Origin: Octopus bimaculoides | Lineage: Eukaryota | Length of the DNA stretch: 64,000 nt | Direction: 5' to 3' | Assembly: GCF_001194135.2 (NCBI RefSeq) | Contig: NC_068994.1 | Coordinates: 29,482,016 to 29,546,015 of the forward strand | Shown: positions 1-14,192 of the stretch, piece after piece | Layout of the letters: each line of letters starts with the position of its first letter | Numbering within the stretch: position 1 is the first letter of the stretch | Notes under the pieces: generated by a model | Told to the model about the DNA's origin: nothing | Database searches by the model: none | What the model saw: the letters and a program-made list of their open reading frames with translations, nothing else | Position numbers and translations under genes: made by a program

Positions 1-369
1 TGTTATGCACATATCTTAGACAGTTACAGTAGCTTGAGATAATCGATACATAATATAGCTGAAGTTATTAAGTCAGCGGTGTTGTTGATAACTTTTCCCT
101 GTCTGAATAACGCCGGTGACGTGTTATAAGGTCCCTATTACAATTTAATACATTCAGAAACTATTTCATTTTCCACCTTCAGTTTTTATATTCAGCCAAA
201 ACTAAATATATGTTTATACGCTCTATCAACGAGAGGACTCTGTGCAAGATCAATAGACGTATTGGAAAAATAAATCAAGAGAATGGTCACACATTGATCT
301 GTTCGTCTTAGCTGACCTGGTTAATACAGTAAAACCGTCTTTACTTATTTGGTTAAGAACCCCTGGTTG

Positions 370-615
370 AGACGAACAAATCAGCCCTAGTACTTATTTC
401 GAAGTTTGGTGCTATAGAATTAAGTTTCATTTGCCGAACCGCCAAATTGCAGGGACATAAACAAACAGCACCGGTCATCAAGCGGCGTGAACGTCAATCA
501 CAAAGATGCATACACACATACATACATACACACGACGAGCTTCCACACAGTTTCCGTTTAGCAAATTTACTCACAAGGTATCGTTCGGCCCGGGGCTATA
601 CGAGGAGGTGCCCAA
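370..615 (-). mobile_element. SINE family A, partial copy
   Basis: Reverse complement matches body and head segments of the SINE repeated at 32928, 33486 and 43865, with the central CA/TA microsatellite. Confidence 0.6.
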
Positions 616-1034
616 AAGAAACCAGGGTAATTGTTCAGTTTAGGGATATTAAAAAAGTAAATAAAAAATTAAGTGGGAGATAATTAATAAAGCGACAAAT
701 AAGGATATTATTTACTTTGGAACTGATCAGAATGGCACGTGGAAGACCAGCGTACTGCAATTCATTGTTCCTGAAATTCAAATCGTCAACCGTGAATCAA
801 TCTTGGAATATCACCCAATGAACCGAATCACGAGAAAAAATTCTTCAGTGGTTGGCACGGCGTCAACTAATTATGAATTTATACACGGGCGAAAATTGTA
901 ATTTGCCATGTTACCTTACTACAGTATTTGTTGTTTAACAGTAAGTTGACTTACTAGTTATCTCCCCCTTAATTTTTATTTACTTTTTTAATATTCCTAA
1001 ACTGAACAATTACCAAAACCAAAATTTAGCAATA

Positions 1035-1700
1035 TTATTTTATTCACTTAGTTTTACATGTTTACACTTTTATTGCCTTCAAAGTATTCTCCATTTAAAG
1101 CAATACATTGGTCCAGATGGGTTCTCCACTGTTTGAAGCAGTCCTGGAACTCTTGTGAAGTGATACCTTTTAATGCCTCCGTCGTTTTTTCCTCACCTTT
1201 TCCACATCTGCAAATTCTGTAGCACCAACTTTCATCACCAGTGATGACTTTCGAAAAAAAGTCTGGATCAACTTCCAACTGTTCTTTTAGTTCATGACTT
1301 GCATTCAGTCGTGACTGCTTTTGATCTTCAGTAAGCAAGAGAGACACAAATTTTGCTGCAATTCCTCACTCAAAATTCGTTGGCAGCAGCTCCAAGACAC
1401 CCCAATCATATCAACAAGTCCGTCAATTGTTCAGTGACAGTCTTTCAAGATCACTTCAAGAATTTTCATGATGTTCTCATTCATCTAGGAGGTTGACGGT
1501 CGTCCTGAACAAGGCTGGTCTTCAAGCGACCAGTGACCATTCCTGGTAAACTTGTGTTTTGCTTGTAGCAGCATCCTTGTAAGCTGTTTGAAGCATGACA
1601 ACTGTTTCAGCTGCCATTTTCCCCTACAGAAAACAGAATTTCACAGGAGCACACTGTTCCTTCATTTCAACCATTGCCAAAATCTATGAACAGAGAAGAA
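1035..1700 (-). mobile_element. Mariner transposase relic, internally deleted
   Basis: Minus-strand pieces VKFCFL*GKMAAETVVMLQTAYKDAA, KVITGDESWCY (first catalytic D) and the C-terminal FQDCFKQWRTHLDQCIALNGEYFEG. Confidence 0.85.
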
Positions 1701-2269
1701 GCATGTGGCAGTACAACCTCACTTGACGACACTGGTTAGCAGACTGATGACAGAGGCTTGAATCAAGTGGCTTCTAGTGGCAGAACCCCAAACTACAATG
1801 GGCTTGTCCCACAGAGAACATTTCTGGCTACTTTTGGGTACCTCATCTTAGTACGAGACACTTTCCCAAGAAAGTGGAACTTGAAACTACATGCTTGCAA
1901 AGAGAGCCTTTTAACCACATTGCCATGCCTACAACATTGTATATAATAAATATGCATGTCTGTGACTTTATGTGTATATCTGGATTATGACTTATGTGGT
2001 AGCATTTACCACACTTTCAGTAAATGTTTTAATTGTCTATGTCATCGCAAACAAGCATACACTACCCTCTTGATCCTTCCATCCTTTATAACCAGTGGGA
2101 AATCCTTTCAACTTACTCTGAAATGAGACACCAAAATGAAGCTGTGTTGAATGCCATGGGTGGCAGTCACAAACAATTGTCATGAAAACTGAAATGCACA
2201 TGCATGTCATGGAGGTTATGAGTATAAAAATCAACTTGAACTGCGTTCCTAGCATTCATAACTTGGATG

Positions 2270-3478
2270 CATCAGGTATGACCCGATTGTCAGCAGCTCA
2301 GAGAGAACAAGCTACTGGCCAATTGCAAGCAAGGCAACATACCCTGGTTGTTGCGAAAGCTTACAATGTCCATGTCAGCACCATCTATTGCCTGCGACAG
2401 TGATACAACACCGACAGCACTGCAGACCATGCCCACAAAGGCTGCCCCCAGATGATCATGCCCAGGCAGGATTGCTTCATCCACCTGCAACACCTCCATG
2501 ATTGCTTCAGACTGGCCAGCATAATAGCTCGCAAGACTATTGGCACTGGACAGTGACTATCAGGTATGATGTCAACTGTCTCCCAACAACCTGCGTTGCT
2601 GTCGTCCTGCTCAAGGGCCTGTCCTCACCACCTGCCATCATCATGTATGACTACAGTGGGTTACACAGCACAGACATTAGTGGTATCGACGAATGTGGTC
2701 GATAGTCTTCTCTGATGAGAGCCAGTACTGTGTTTCCACCTCAGATGGCAGAGTGAGGGTGTGGCGTAGGAGGGGTGAACACTACAGAGATGCATCTGTC
2801 ATGGAGAGAGATGCGTTGGGTGGCCAAAGCATCAAGGTTTGGGGTGCTATAGGCCTGAATCAGAGAATTGGGCCCCATGTGTTCCAAAATGTTGGTGCAT
2901 ACAGAGAGAATGGCTATCTTGACTAGATCCTAAGACCTCACATCGTGCCCCTCTTTGCACGTCACGATAGCCATATGTTCCAGCAGTCCAATGCTCCCTC
3001 CCACATGGCCAGGATCACCATGGACTTCCTGTGTCAGCACAACATCAGAACCAGAACCATGCCGTGGCTAGCTCTCAGCCAGGATTTGAACCCAATTGAA
3101 CACCTGTGGGATGAAATCTCCAGAGATGGCTGAACCAGGTGGACCCAGGCTGACAACTCATATGGAACTGGAGGCAGCTTTCCTCAGGGTGTGGACACAG
3201 GTGCCAATGGCTTTTGTGAATCACCTCATGCACTCCAATGGTGTACGGCTGTTTTGAACACCCAGGGAAGACACAATATTGAACATATCACACCTTACAA
3301 TCTCGATATGCTGGATCCACCCTCAACCAGAACACATGACAACAACCCATAGACTGTGGTCAAAGTGCATCCAAGAAGTTGACTTTATCAGATTTATCAA
3401 GATGTATCTCTGACATAATGAAAATAAAACATATTTCACAGTCACACACGTCTCGCATTTCTTTTGTGGTTCAGTGTA
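2270..3478 (+). mobile_element. Tc1-family transposon relic, frameshifted
   Basis: HTH-like N-terminus (MTRLSAAQREQA...HVSTIYCLRQ), IVFSDES, WGAIG, FQQSNAPSH and SQDLNPIEHLWDE across several frames; right end CAGTG|TA at 3472-3478. A matching left TIR was not found. Confidence 0.85.
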
Positions 3479-4029
3479 TTTACCTATAACACTTTCTTGT
3501 TTACATGCAATCCTGTCAAAATAGAGGAAGTCATTAAGGACGATTAGCAAGCTTTACTGAGTCTGTGTGAATATAGTTATTTATTCATGTGTTGCCTGCA
3601 CTATCAGACAAATGTATTGCTACTGGCAGTTATGTAATTAAGTGTTTTCCAATTCAACATAAACACTATTCATTGATGTTGAACTTAGAATAATTGAATA
3701 TTGAGTGAGCAGAAACCAATTGCTGCTCAAGAATGTAAACATTGGCTTGAGACATTTGAAAATTGCCTTATTTCAAGATAATTTGAACAAATAAGGTTTT
3801 TTGTTTTTCATAAACATTGATCCAAGTGATACAAAAATGTCTCAATATTTTTATTTATAAAATGCTATTAGTGTTTTTCCAGATAATATCTAAAACCTAT
3901 CAATGGAGGTTTTACACGTCATCACCTTACACCTCAGTGATGACCTATCAAAAAGTTTTTAGAAGACTATCTGCAAACCCTATGAAGCTAAAAATTGTAA
4001 CTTTTAATCAATGAATGCAGCTCAACACT

Positions 4030-4620
4030 ATGAAGAATCAATCTGCAATGCATTTATCAATTGCTTTGAGTTGTTAATTTAGCAGTGTTTATTGAAAAAA
4101 GATATTTAGATTTATCGATCATATTTGATCAAACAAAAGCTCTTCATTCAGCTCAAGGAAGTACGTGGTTTACTCAGTTGATACTTGTGACCTAACAATA
4201 TTTCACGAAATCAGTGTAGACTTCATTCCAGTGATAGCAGCAGTTAGTACTAAATATTTTTCTGTATGGTTTCAAAGTATCCATGGACTAAGTGCATGTT
4301 AAGCTGTATCATAAGGGTCATCTTGATGATGTGTGTTGCACTGCTTTGTCGTCCGCTGTCTCTGCTACCACTATTTTTACTAGTCAATCAATGTTGGTAA
4401 CATCCACAGTCGCTACTGCAAGAGTGAAGCTAGTCATTGAGGGACATAAAGTAAATGGCCTGATAGAGAGTGATTGTTTTGAAAACTGTATCTGTCCTAA
4501 TTTAGTCAAACTCCACTCAAAACGTGTTTAGCACAAGAGCAGTTCTGTTTACATAGTTATTACTCCACTCTCTACACAAACATTGGACTCTTGGAAGGTG
4601 TACCTTTAAAGTGATCAGTC
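4030..4620 (+). mobile_element. Gypsy-like LTR retrotransposon relic, gag to protease
   Basis: Degenerate gag-like segment followed by VIEGHKVNGLIESDCFENCICPNLVKLH, a decayed aspartic protease D(S/T)G region. Confidence 0.6.
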
Positions 4621-5145
4621 GAAACCCCCAACACTTTAAACAGGTTCTTGACACATATCCTTTACTTCATAGTCACAACAACAAACAAGCTGGTTCAGTT
4701 CGAGGTATTCAGTTCAATTCACTTTAATAATAACTACCAGCATGTTCTAATAAGAAATGAAGAAAAAGAATTTAAAAACATTTGCAACTCAAGGAAACTT
4801 CTAATAATTTATTCAAGTTGTCTGGTTTCCAGAGCATTGTGAATTTAATTATCAAAGAAAACAAACTAATTAGAACTTTTGCGCACTTGGGACACCATTG
4901 CCATTTGGGATCTTTTTTAAAACGGGGGCCACATTTTTCATTAATGAAACACTTTGAAACTTGGAACACTGGTAGAATGTGTCATATAAAACATCTTTTT
5001 CTCTTAGTCTTCTTAAAAAAAAAAGAAATCCATAAGTTATTCCATGTTAAAGTTGTCGTATTTCTGTAATTTCAACCAATCACTGACATCCATTCAGCCG
5101 ATATACATTAAGTGCCGACTACATAAACAAACGATTCTGAAACAA

Positions 5146-5185
5146 TTAACCCTAACCCTAACCCTAACGTTAGGGTTAGGGTTAA
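5146..5185. repeat. Inverted telomere-type repeat (CCCTAA)3-CG-(TTAGGG)2
   Basis: ttaaccctaaccctaaccctaac|gttagggttagggttaa read directly from the sequence. Confidence 0.9.
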
Positions 5186-6229
5186 AGCAAATTTAAAATG
5201 AAAAAAGCAAATAAAACGAAGGTATGNNNNNNNNNNNNNNNNNNNNNNNNNNNNNNNNNNNNNNNNNNNNNNNNNNNNNNNNNNNNNNNNNNNNNNNNNN
5301 NNNNNNNNNNNNNNNNNNNNNNNNNNNNNNNNNNNNNNNNNNNNNNNNNNNNNNNNNNNNNNNNNNNNNNNNNNNNNNNNNNNNNNNNNNNNNNNNNNNN
5401 NNNNNNNNNNNNNNNNNNNNNNNNNNNNNNNNNNNNNNNNNNNNNNNNNNNNNNNNNNNNNNNNNNNNNNNNNNNNNNNNNNNNNNNNNNNNNNNNNNNN
5501 NNNNNNNNNNNNNNNNNNNNNNNNNNNNNNNNNNNNNNNNNNNNNNNNNNNNNNNNNNNNNNNNNNNNNNNNNNNNNNNNNNNNNNNNNNNNNNNNNNNN
5601 NNNNNNNNNNNNNNNNNNNNNNNNNNNNNNNNNNNNNNNNNNNNNNNNNNNNNNNNNNNNNNNNNNNNNNNNNNNNNNNNNNNNNNNNNNNNNNNNNNNN
5701 NNNNNNNNNNNNNNNNNNNNNNNNNNNNNNNNNNNNNNNNNNNNNNNNNNNNNNNNNNNNNNNNNNNNNNNNNNNNNNNNNNNNNNNNNNNNNNNNNNNN
5801 NNNNNNNNNNNNNNNNNNNNNNNNNNNNNNNNNNNNNNNNNNNNNNNNNNNNNNNNNNNNNNNNNNNNNNNNNNNNNNNNNNNNNNNNNNNNNNNNNNNN
5901 NNNNNNNNNNNNNNNNNNNACTTGCTGGGGCAGCCTGCTGGAGCCTAGCAGCAGGTATAAAAAAGGGGAATTTGACAAGACAGTCAGTCGGACGCTGACA
6001 CTCGTTGATGCTGCATCGAAGAGGCCAGGGAATAGAAGAAAGAAGACATTCACCCAACACCAGAGCTGAGGACACCTCCAAAAGGAGAGGCCCCGCCACG
6101 TCAAAACGGTAGAGGAGTAGGGGCCAAAACCGGACGTGGTTCCTCCTGATGACGTCTTGAGCTAACTGGATCCTATAAAGGAGCTGTTGTGGTAGCAGAC
6201 CACGAAACATGGTTGAAATTCCTCTGAGT

Positions 6230-6720
6230 TGACACTTCATGATCAGAAATCACTTTGGCGTATTATGCAATTCAGGAATTACTTGTTTGCATCAATTTGT
6301 GACATATCAAATTATTCCATACTCCATAGAGGATGTTCAACAAGTAGTTGGTTCTTGTAATGCATGCACAGAATGCAAAATAAAATTCCATCATCCAAAT
6401 AATAGACACCACTAGTCAGTCTCTTAAACTGCAAATCAACTTCAAATGACCCCCTTGTATCAGCAAAAGTCGATATTTTCTTAACATAGTGGATGAATAT
6501 TCCAGGTTTCCTTGCTTAAAAAATTGTAAATTGTCTTTGCCAGTGGTTTTTTGTTTGCCTGCTCATTCATTTCAGTCGTGGAGCCTCTTTTATGAGTCTG
6601 GAAGTGCACAATTCCTCACTGGTAAAAGAATTTCTTGGTTATTACTTTGAAAGTATTGAGAGGTGGTGAGGGTCAATAAAGTAATTTGGGAATTAATTAG
6701 AATAGTTTAAAAGCAATGTT
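6230..6720 (+). mobile_element. Gypsy-like integrase relic
   Basis: Degenerate HHCC region (YSIEDVQQVVGSCNACTECK) followed by FLNIVDEYSRFP-like core; same strand as the 4030-4620 piece. Confidence 0.7.
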
Positions 6721-7289
6721 TTCCAATAGGGTCTGTATTGCCCTTTAGTGGTAGTCATTTGGAGTTATGAGTGTCGTGAGTGGGGTGCATGAACAAATTT
6801 ATATATCATCATCAGTGAAATAAAGATAAGAAAAGAACATCAAACTATGCTAACAAATCTGATTATCTTTTAATATACCTAATTATATTTTAGTTTAAAA
6901 GTGGTTTTAATTAATACCATGGTGCATTCCATGCACAAAGACCTGAAGATTTTCACTGTAGCCTAACATCTTTCTTGGTGTGCCTGTGTGGATTTTTCAG
7001 TCAAGCCGTCTCTTGGTGAGGCTTTTCAGGAAAATCCGTCCACCTTTGAGTGAAGATGTCCATGTCCTTTATTTCAATTAATAATTTCTTAGATACACTC
7101 AAATAGCAATATATCAAAATAAATTGTCTGTTACTGGGTACAGCAGGTCATTCAAGGAACCTAAACCTAATTTTTTTTAAGCATTTCCTTGTTTCCTAAA
7201 ATCTCAAACAAATTGGCAACATTAGCTAAAAGTATAAGCTATGCTCTGAGGAGAATGGATGGTTGACTCTTTCAGCCATCAGTAAGTGA

Positions 7290-8050
7290 ATGACTAATAG
7301 GTTTGAATTGATGGAATGTTGGAAAAATCCAATTGTGGAATCAAGCATTTTAAAACCTGAAATTCTGACAATAGCAATCCTTTACCTACTACACTGCTAT
7401 CAACTTGAATGGCTGGTATCTCAGTAGAATCAGTATGAAGTAGTTCCTCTTTATCCTGAGCATTCTTTATGTTCAACAGATAAAATGTTAGAAATTTCAT
7501 AATAGTACTTCCATGCCACTTTCAAATCTTCCACAGAAACAGTGAGCCTACCTCTATCATTCCAAATAGATTTCTCTCCAATATATTGTCTTGTAATCCC
7601 AAAGAGTTCACGCATCATGTAAAAATCTCTTCTTTTCTGTCTCACTCTTAGCCAAGTATAAATGTCGCATAGGTGCTCTTCTAGCTATTTGATAATGCTC
7701 TCAACTACCACCTAACTCTAGTTTTTTTCCAAGCCTGTCTCTTATCCTTTATTGCTCTATCAAACATATCATTCCACCACATCACTTTTTGTTTGGTTGT
7801 GATTTTGCCCCAGCCACAGGTTTGCTCTGTAGCCTCAAACAGGTTATTTCGTAGGAATACCCTGTTGACGTCTATGCTACAGGTGTCTAAATCTTTCTTA
7901 CTACAGTCATATGTGTCAATTAGAATTTTTAAAGACCTATGCTCAATTGCAGTATCTTTTAACTGCCTTCCTTCTCTATATCGCCATCTGTTCCTGTGCC
8001 TACCAAGCTCTGGTTTTGAAGTCCTAAGCCACTAAACTATGCTGCATAGT
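7290..8050 (-). mobile_element. Old RTE-clade LINE fragment, endonuclease-RT linker
   Basis: Minus-strand segment homologous to the start of the 25827 and 40074 copies (WWN..DRAIK.K..AWK, AWKYYYE). Confidence 0.6.
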
Positions 8051-8172
8051 ATATGAATATTTTCCCTTCAGTTTTGTATATTTTCATATAACCATAAAAT
8101 ACTGGCCATTTTGTTCTACAGTTATTTCTCTTTTCCTACTCTTTAGAGAGGTGATGATGATATACAAACAAA

Positions 8173-8370
8173 TCTATATAAATAAAAGTGAAATCTTGTC
8201 TGTCCAGGACCCCTGTATCTCTGTCTGCATTTGCTCTACATAGACATATTATACCTTTTTGGAATCAGGATTATCCTGAGATTGAAAATCTACTCTTCCT
8301 TTGGTTTTTGAACATCCAGCATGGGAATCTGATTAAAAAGCATTTGGGTTGCTATTTTTAGCAGGTCAAC
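8173..8370 (+). mobile_element. Helitron-like non-autonomous repeat, 5' part
   Basis: Begins A|TCTATATAAATAAAAGTGAAATC; about 200 bp homologous to the reverse complement of 50170-50368. Confidence 0.45.
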
Positions 8371-8869
8371 CATGAGTGGTTTCAATGATATAGTACAAGA
8401 GTTACCTCCCTTAGCTTTAAGCTTCAGTAAGGAATTTAGTGGTTCTTTTATCTTTTCCAGTCATCAGACTGGACACCACCTTGAAGAATTTTTATTGAAC
8501 AAATCAACACCAGTTCTTTCTTTTATGTCTGGTACTTTTTTTTTATTGGCCTCTTCTACCAAACCACTAAGTCACATGAACGTAAACACACCAATTATCA
8601 GGTGATGGTGAGAGACAAACACAGACACAAAACCACAATATATATATCTTCTATTCAAATCTTAAAAGAAGTCCAAAAATTTGTGAACTTACAAGTTTTT
8701 CATTTAAACTAAATTTAAAGTGAAACCATATTGGTAGGATAATACCAAATTGGTAGGGTACCAATAAATGCTTTATTATTATTGCTCACTACAGTTTGGG
8801 GCTGCAGGCCCAATTAGCCGTCTACAGGAGCTAGCTTAAGTTGATTTTCTCAAATACCCTAGTGGCTCT

Positions 8870-10185
8870 CTGGAAATAGTGGATAATTTCTGCTACCTAG
8901 GGGAACTAATTAGCAGTGGAGGAAGATGTATAGAAACAGTAATTGCTAGAATAAGAATAGGATGGAGAAAATTCAGGGAGTTTTTACCTCTGTTGGCAAC
9001 CAAAAGTCTCTCTCTCTCTCTCCAATTGAAAGGAATACTGTACGATTCATGTATACAAACAGCAATGCTATATAGTAGTGAGACATGAGCCCTGAATGTA
9101 GAGAACATGCAAAGACTAGAGAGGAACGAAGTCAGTGTACATGTGCGACAAACAGTTGGAGTATTGAAAGAAAAGTTAGGCATAAGAGGAATTTACATGC
9201 AATGTGCAAGAGAGAAGACTACACTGGTTTGGTCATGTGATGCATAAAGAAGTGCTAATCACTTAAAGTGGAAGGAACTTGTGGAAAAGGGAGATCCAGG
9301 AAGGCATAAAACAAAGTAATGAAAGCCAATCTCAAGACGACAAAGAATTGAGATGTCTGCTGCCTTGCTATACTAAAGACACCACAGCAGAATTGTTATC
9401 CTAAAACCACCTTGGTAATGCTTGTTTGTGAGGGGCTCCACCCCACACCCACCTGCATCCTCTCTGTCCCATCAACCATTTCCCCTATTATTTCATTCCC
9501 TAACACCAATTACTTCGCTATCACCAGAGCAGAATAGGCACATACTACATCCCACTGGTTTCTTAGTTACCTTCCTTCCCCCACCCTGAACCACTTCCAT
9601 ATCCCATTACCTTTCCCTGCTTACTGTCTCCACCAATCACCTCCTTTTTGTGCCTTCTCTTCTGTGTTGTTAACACCTTGCTATCACCCACAATGCCCTC
9701 ACATATCTATTACATCCCCCACCCCTGAGTCTCTCCTATATTCACTCTACCATCTACCACAGTCACATGTCCACACACATCTTTGCTGCTTCTATGTCAC
9801 TACTGCTCTCTTTATCTTGCCTCCTTTCTTTTCCAATTGGGGTATCCATGTATCTACTCTACAGCAAGACACCTATTCCTGTTCCTCTATACCTTTAATC
9901 TCTCGTCAAGTGATACAAAACTACCCCACACAATACTAGTCACCATTCCCAGCTAAGGGATTTGTTCTACAAGTTACTAGGTGACCCTGTCAGTGCTGGT
10001 GCCATGTAAAAAGCTCCTAGCACATTCTATAAAGTGGTTGGTATTAGAAACAGCATCCAGTCACAGAAACTGTGCCAAAGTATACGATGGCAGCTAGTGC
10101 AGCTTCTAGCCTTACCAGCTCCTGTCAAACCATCCAACTCATACCAGAAGGGAAAATGAACATTAAATGATAAAGATGATATTTC
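8870..10185 (+). mobile_element. RTE-clade LINE 3' fragment with long pyrimidine-rich 3'UTR
   Basis: DNFCYLGELISSGGRCIETVIARIRIGWRKFREFLPLL aligns with 41660-41790; ends in the shared terminal segment. Confidence 0.85.
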
Positions 10186-10259
10186 AATATATGTGCTCAA
10201 CAGTCTGTACTTGACTGTAGACAATAAGTCAAGATTTGCAAAAGAAAGATTTCAGATAT

Positions 10260-11570
<1,311 letters not shown>

Positions 11571-11679
11571 ATTAGCTTACAGCTGTTTCCACTATAAGTT
11601 GTGGTGGACTCCACAGCACCTTATAGCAGAAACAACTGTAAGCTATTGAAGTTCATAAGATAATCATTTATCTCTTTGT

Positions 11680-12105
11680 CATCTCAAGTGTCTTCTACTA
11701 TAGCCTCAAGCCAACCAAAGCCTTGTGAATGGATTTGGCAGATGGAAACTGAAAGTAGTGTGTCATATATATATATATATACATCATCATCATCGTTTAA
11801 AGTCCGCTTTCCATGCTAGCATGGGTTGGACGATTTGACTGACGACTGGTGAACCAGATGGCTACACCAGGCTTCAATATATATATATATGCATATGTGT
11901 TGAGTGTCTTTATGTCTGTGTTTATTACCCTTCACCCTCACTGCCCAATAACTGTTCTAAGAATGTTTACTTAGTGTTTTGGCAAAAGAGATCCATAGAA
12001 TAAATATCAGGCTTAAAAAATATAAATACTGTAGTCAATTCGTTCAACTAAAATTCTTCAAGGCAGTGCCCCAGCATGGCCGCAGTCTAATGACTGAAAC
12101 AATAT
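11680..12105 (+). mobile_element. SINE family A copy interrupted by an RTE tail
   Basis: Head segment (caagtgtcttctactatagcctc) and 3' segment (ggcagtgccccagcatggccgcagtctaatgactgaaac) flank the insert at 11782-11877. Confidence 0.75.
11782..11877 (-). mobile_element. 5'-truncated RTE 3' end with (GAT)n tail
   Basis: Reverse complement of the terminal about 95 nt of the 40074-42800 copy; sits in (TA)n. Confidence 0.85.
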
Positions 12106-13578
12106 ATATATATATATATATATATAGTAAAAATAGGACTCAAAACCTTAAAATGCTGTGAATGAATATTTATTGCGTAGTTTAGCTTGACATGGTTATA
12201 ATAATGAGACATACATTACATGTAATGAAACTATAGATGATTGGATGCATCTAGTTATGTAAAGGAAAGCATAAAATATATTAGGATGCCAACTCAGTTC
12301 AATACAAAAAAATTAGAAAAGAAAAACTAATAAAGGCTGAAATATGAAAGAGTGAACATTGAGGACTTATTGCTGTGAATAAAACCATGACAAAATTGTC
12401 TCCCGTCACAATAAGAAAAAAACTGTCAAGTGCCAGGATTGTTGTCTCATCAGAAATTTCTTTGCCATTTTGAATTTAGCACAAAATGTTTTAAAAGTCG
12501 TAGACTGGGCTTAAAATAACCCAAAATAAAAATTTTGCTATTAAATTTTGCAAAAATATGTTTCTTGTAGTTCGATTCTAATTTATTTTCTTGAAAATTT
12601 AATGACATCGAATAAGATATTTCACTACTAATTTCTGGCTCATTTTTGACGATGTAATTGCAATAGCATCACTTCACAATAGCAACTGCTTTGTTCAAGT
12701 TTCACATTCAGTCTTAAATTGACAAAAGTAGATCTAACCCAATCCAAAGTCTTAGTTCAGTTAGGGTGGAAGTGATTGCATATTCAGGAAAATCTGGCAA
12801 CCCAGTTATACTTTTAAATGTTACTCTTTTATACTGAAATTCTGCTCATCAGTAGGAATTTTTTCAGTAAATTAAGTGTTTGCAGTTTGTGTTCATAGTT
12901 TCTCCAATTTTAGGTTGATCTGCCATAGCTAAAGAGAAAGAGGCAACAGATGAGCAATTATGACTCATATATGCAATTTGACTTCCCTCTATTATTTAAT
13001 AGTTTCAATGTTAGACTTTATGCCACCCCTTCATTGCATGGGTGTTTGCAATCGCATACAACATTTAGGACAGGCTTTGGTACAAATGTGACTAATCAGT
13101 GGCTATCATTCGAATGAGTATGGCACCACTTATTTGGCATCACTGTGAGCATATTCCTCTTTGTGTATGAGGAGAAGGAAAGTGTTTTTTTCACTTGTGT
13201 TCAGTTAATAAACTGTAATATCTCTCTTGCTCTGTCTTACTCTATCTGTATGTGCATATTTCGGCATGTGCGTGTGTTTGCCTCCAGTGCTAAAAAATGC
13301 CATTGTCCAAACAGGCTAAATGTCCAGTAAGCCACACCAAATCATTTCCTTCTGCAGTCAAGTGCATCTGCATGTTATTTCCAGTTCATTCACATTATAA
13401 AATGCTTAAGTTTTCCTTTGACTAATAGTGAGATGTCACAGATCCATCTGGTCTCTTGATGGCTGAGCTAATGATAAAGACAATTCATTTATTTATACAC
13501 AAATGTTCTTTTTGACACTATCTCACTTCACAGATTTGCTTAACTAATCCAGTTATTCAACTTTGGATTACATACATT

Positions 13579-14192
13579 GGCACTATCATGCTATTAGCTG
13601 TCAGAAGTGAAAGTGCTCACTGCCTGCTAGTGAAGTATCTGTCTGTCTGCCTGTCTGCCTGCATGCCTGTTGCTGGCCTGTCGATTGAGCGAGCTATATG
13701 TCTGTCTGTCTCTCTCTCTATCTATCTATTACTCGAAAGTTCGCGCGTCCGTGCTAGCTAGTCGTGAGTAGAAAACACAAATTTAATATAAAAACATATT
13801 TCCTGAAATTGCAAATTATTTAAAATATAAAAATATAATTTTCAACAGAGAGAATTTATCAAAATAGAAAACAAATGAAGTTTGAAGTTTAAAAATAATA
13901 GGATCGACCACTCACGACTAGCTAGCGCGGACGCGAGTACCCTTATACTCTGTGTTTTCAAACGCATGGATATAGGTGTCAAATTTGTTCCAATAACTTT
14001 CGAGTAATAGATAGATAGAGAGATAGAGAGAGAGAGAGACAGACAGACATATAGCTCGCTCCGGCCAGTCATGGTATTAGCTGTCAGTAGCCAAAGAATC
14101 GACAGGCCAGCAACAGGCATGCAGGCAGACAGACAGATACTTCACTAGCAGTGAGCACTTTCACTTCTGACAGCTAATAGCATGATAGTGCC
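13579..14192. mobile_element. Non-autonomous foldback DNA transposon with modular long TIRs
   Basis: Three nested inverted segments: 13579-13686 with 14097-14192, 13687-13741 with 13995-14061, 13744-13769 with 13910-13935. Perfect 8-bp TSD CATACATT at 13571-13578 and 14193-14200. Confidence 0.9.

Noticed and set aside
5182-6240. Long ORFs across N-gaps (also 38851-39260, 40137-41259, 46987-48203)
   Set aside because: They are open only because of X codons. The real flanks are repeats; 40137-41259 is RTE sequence.
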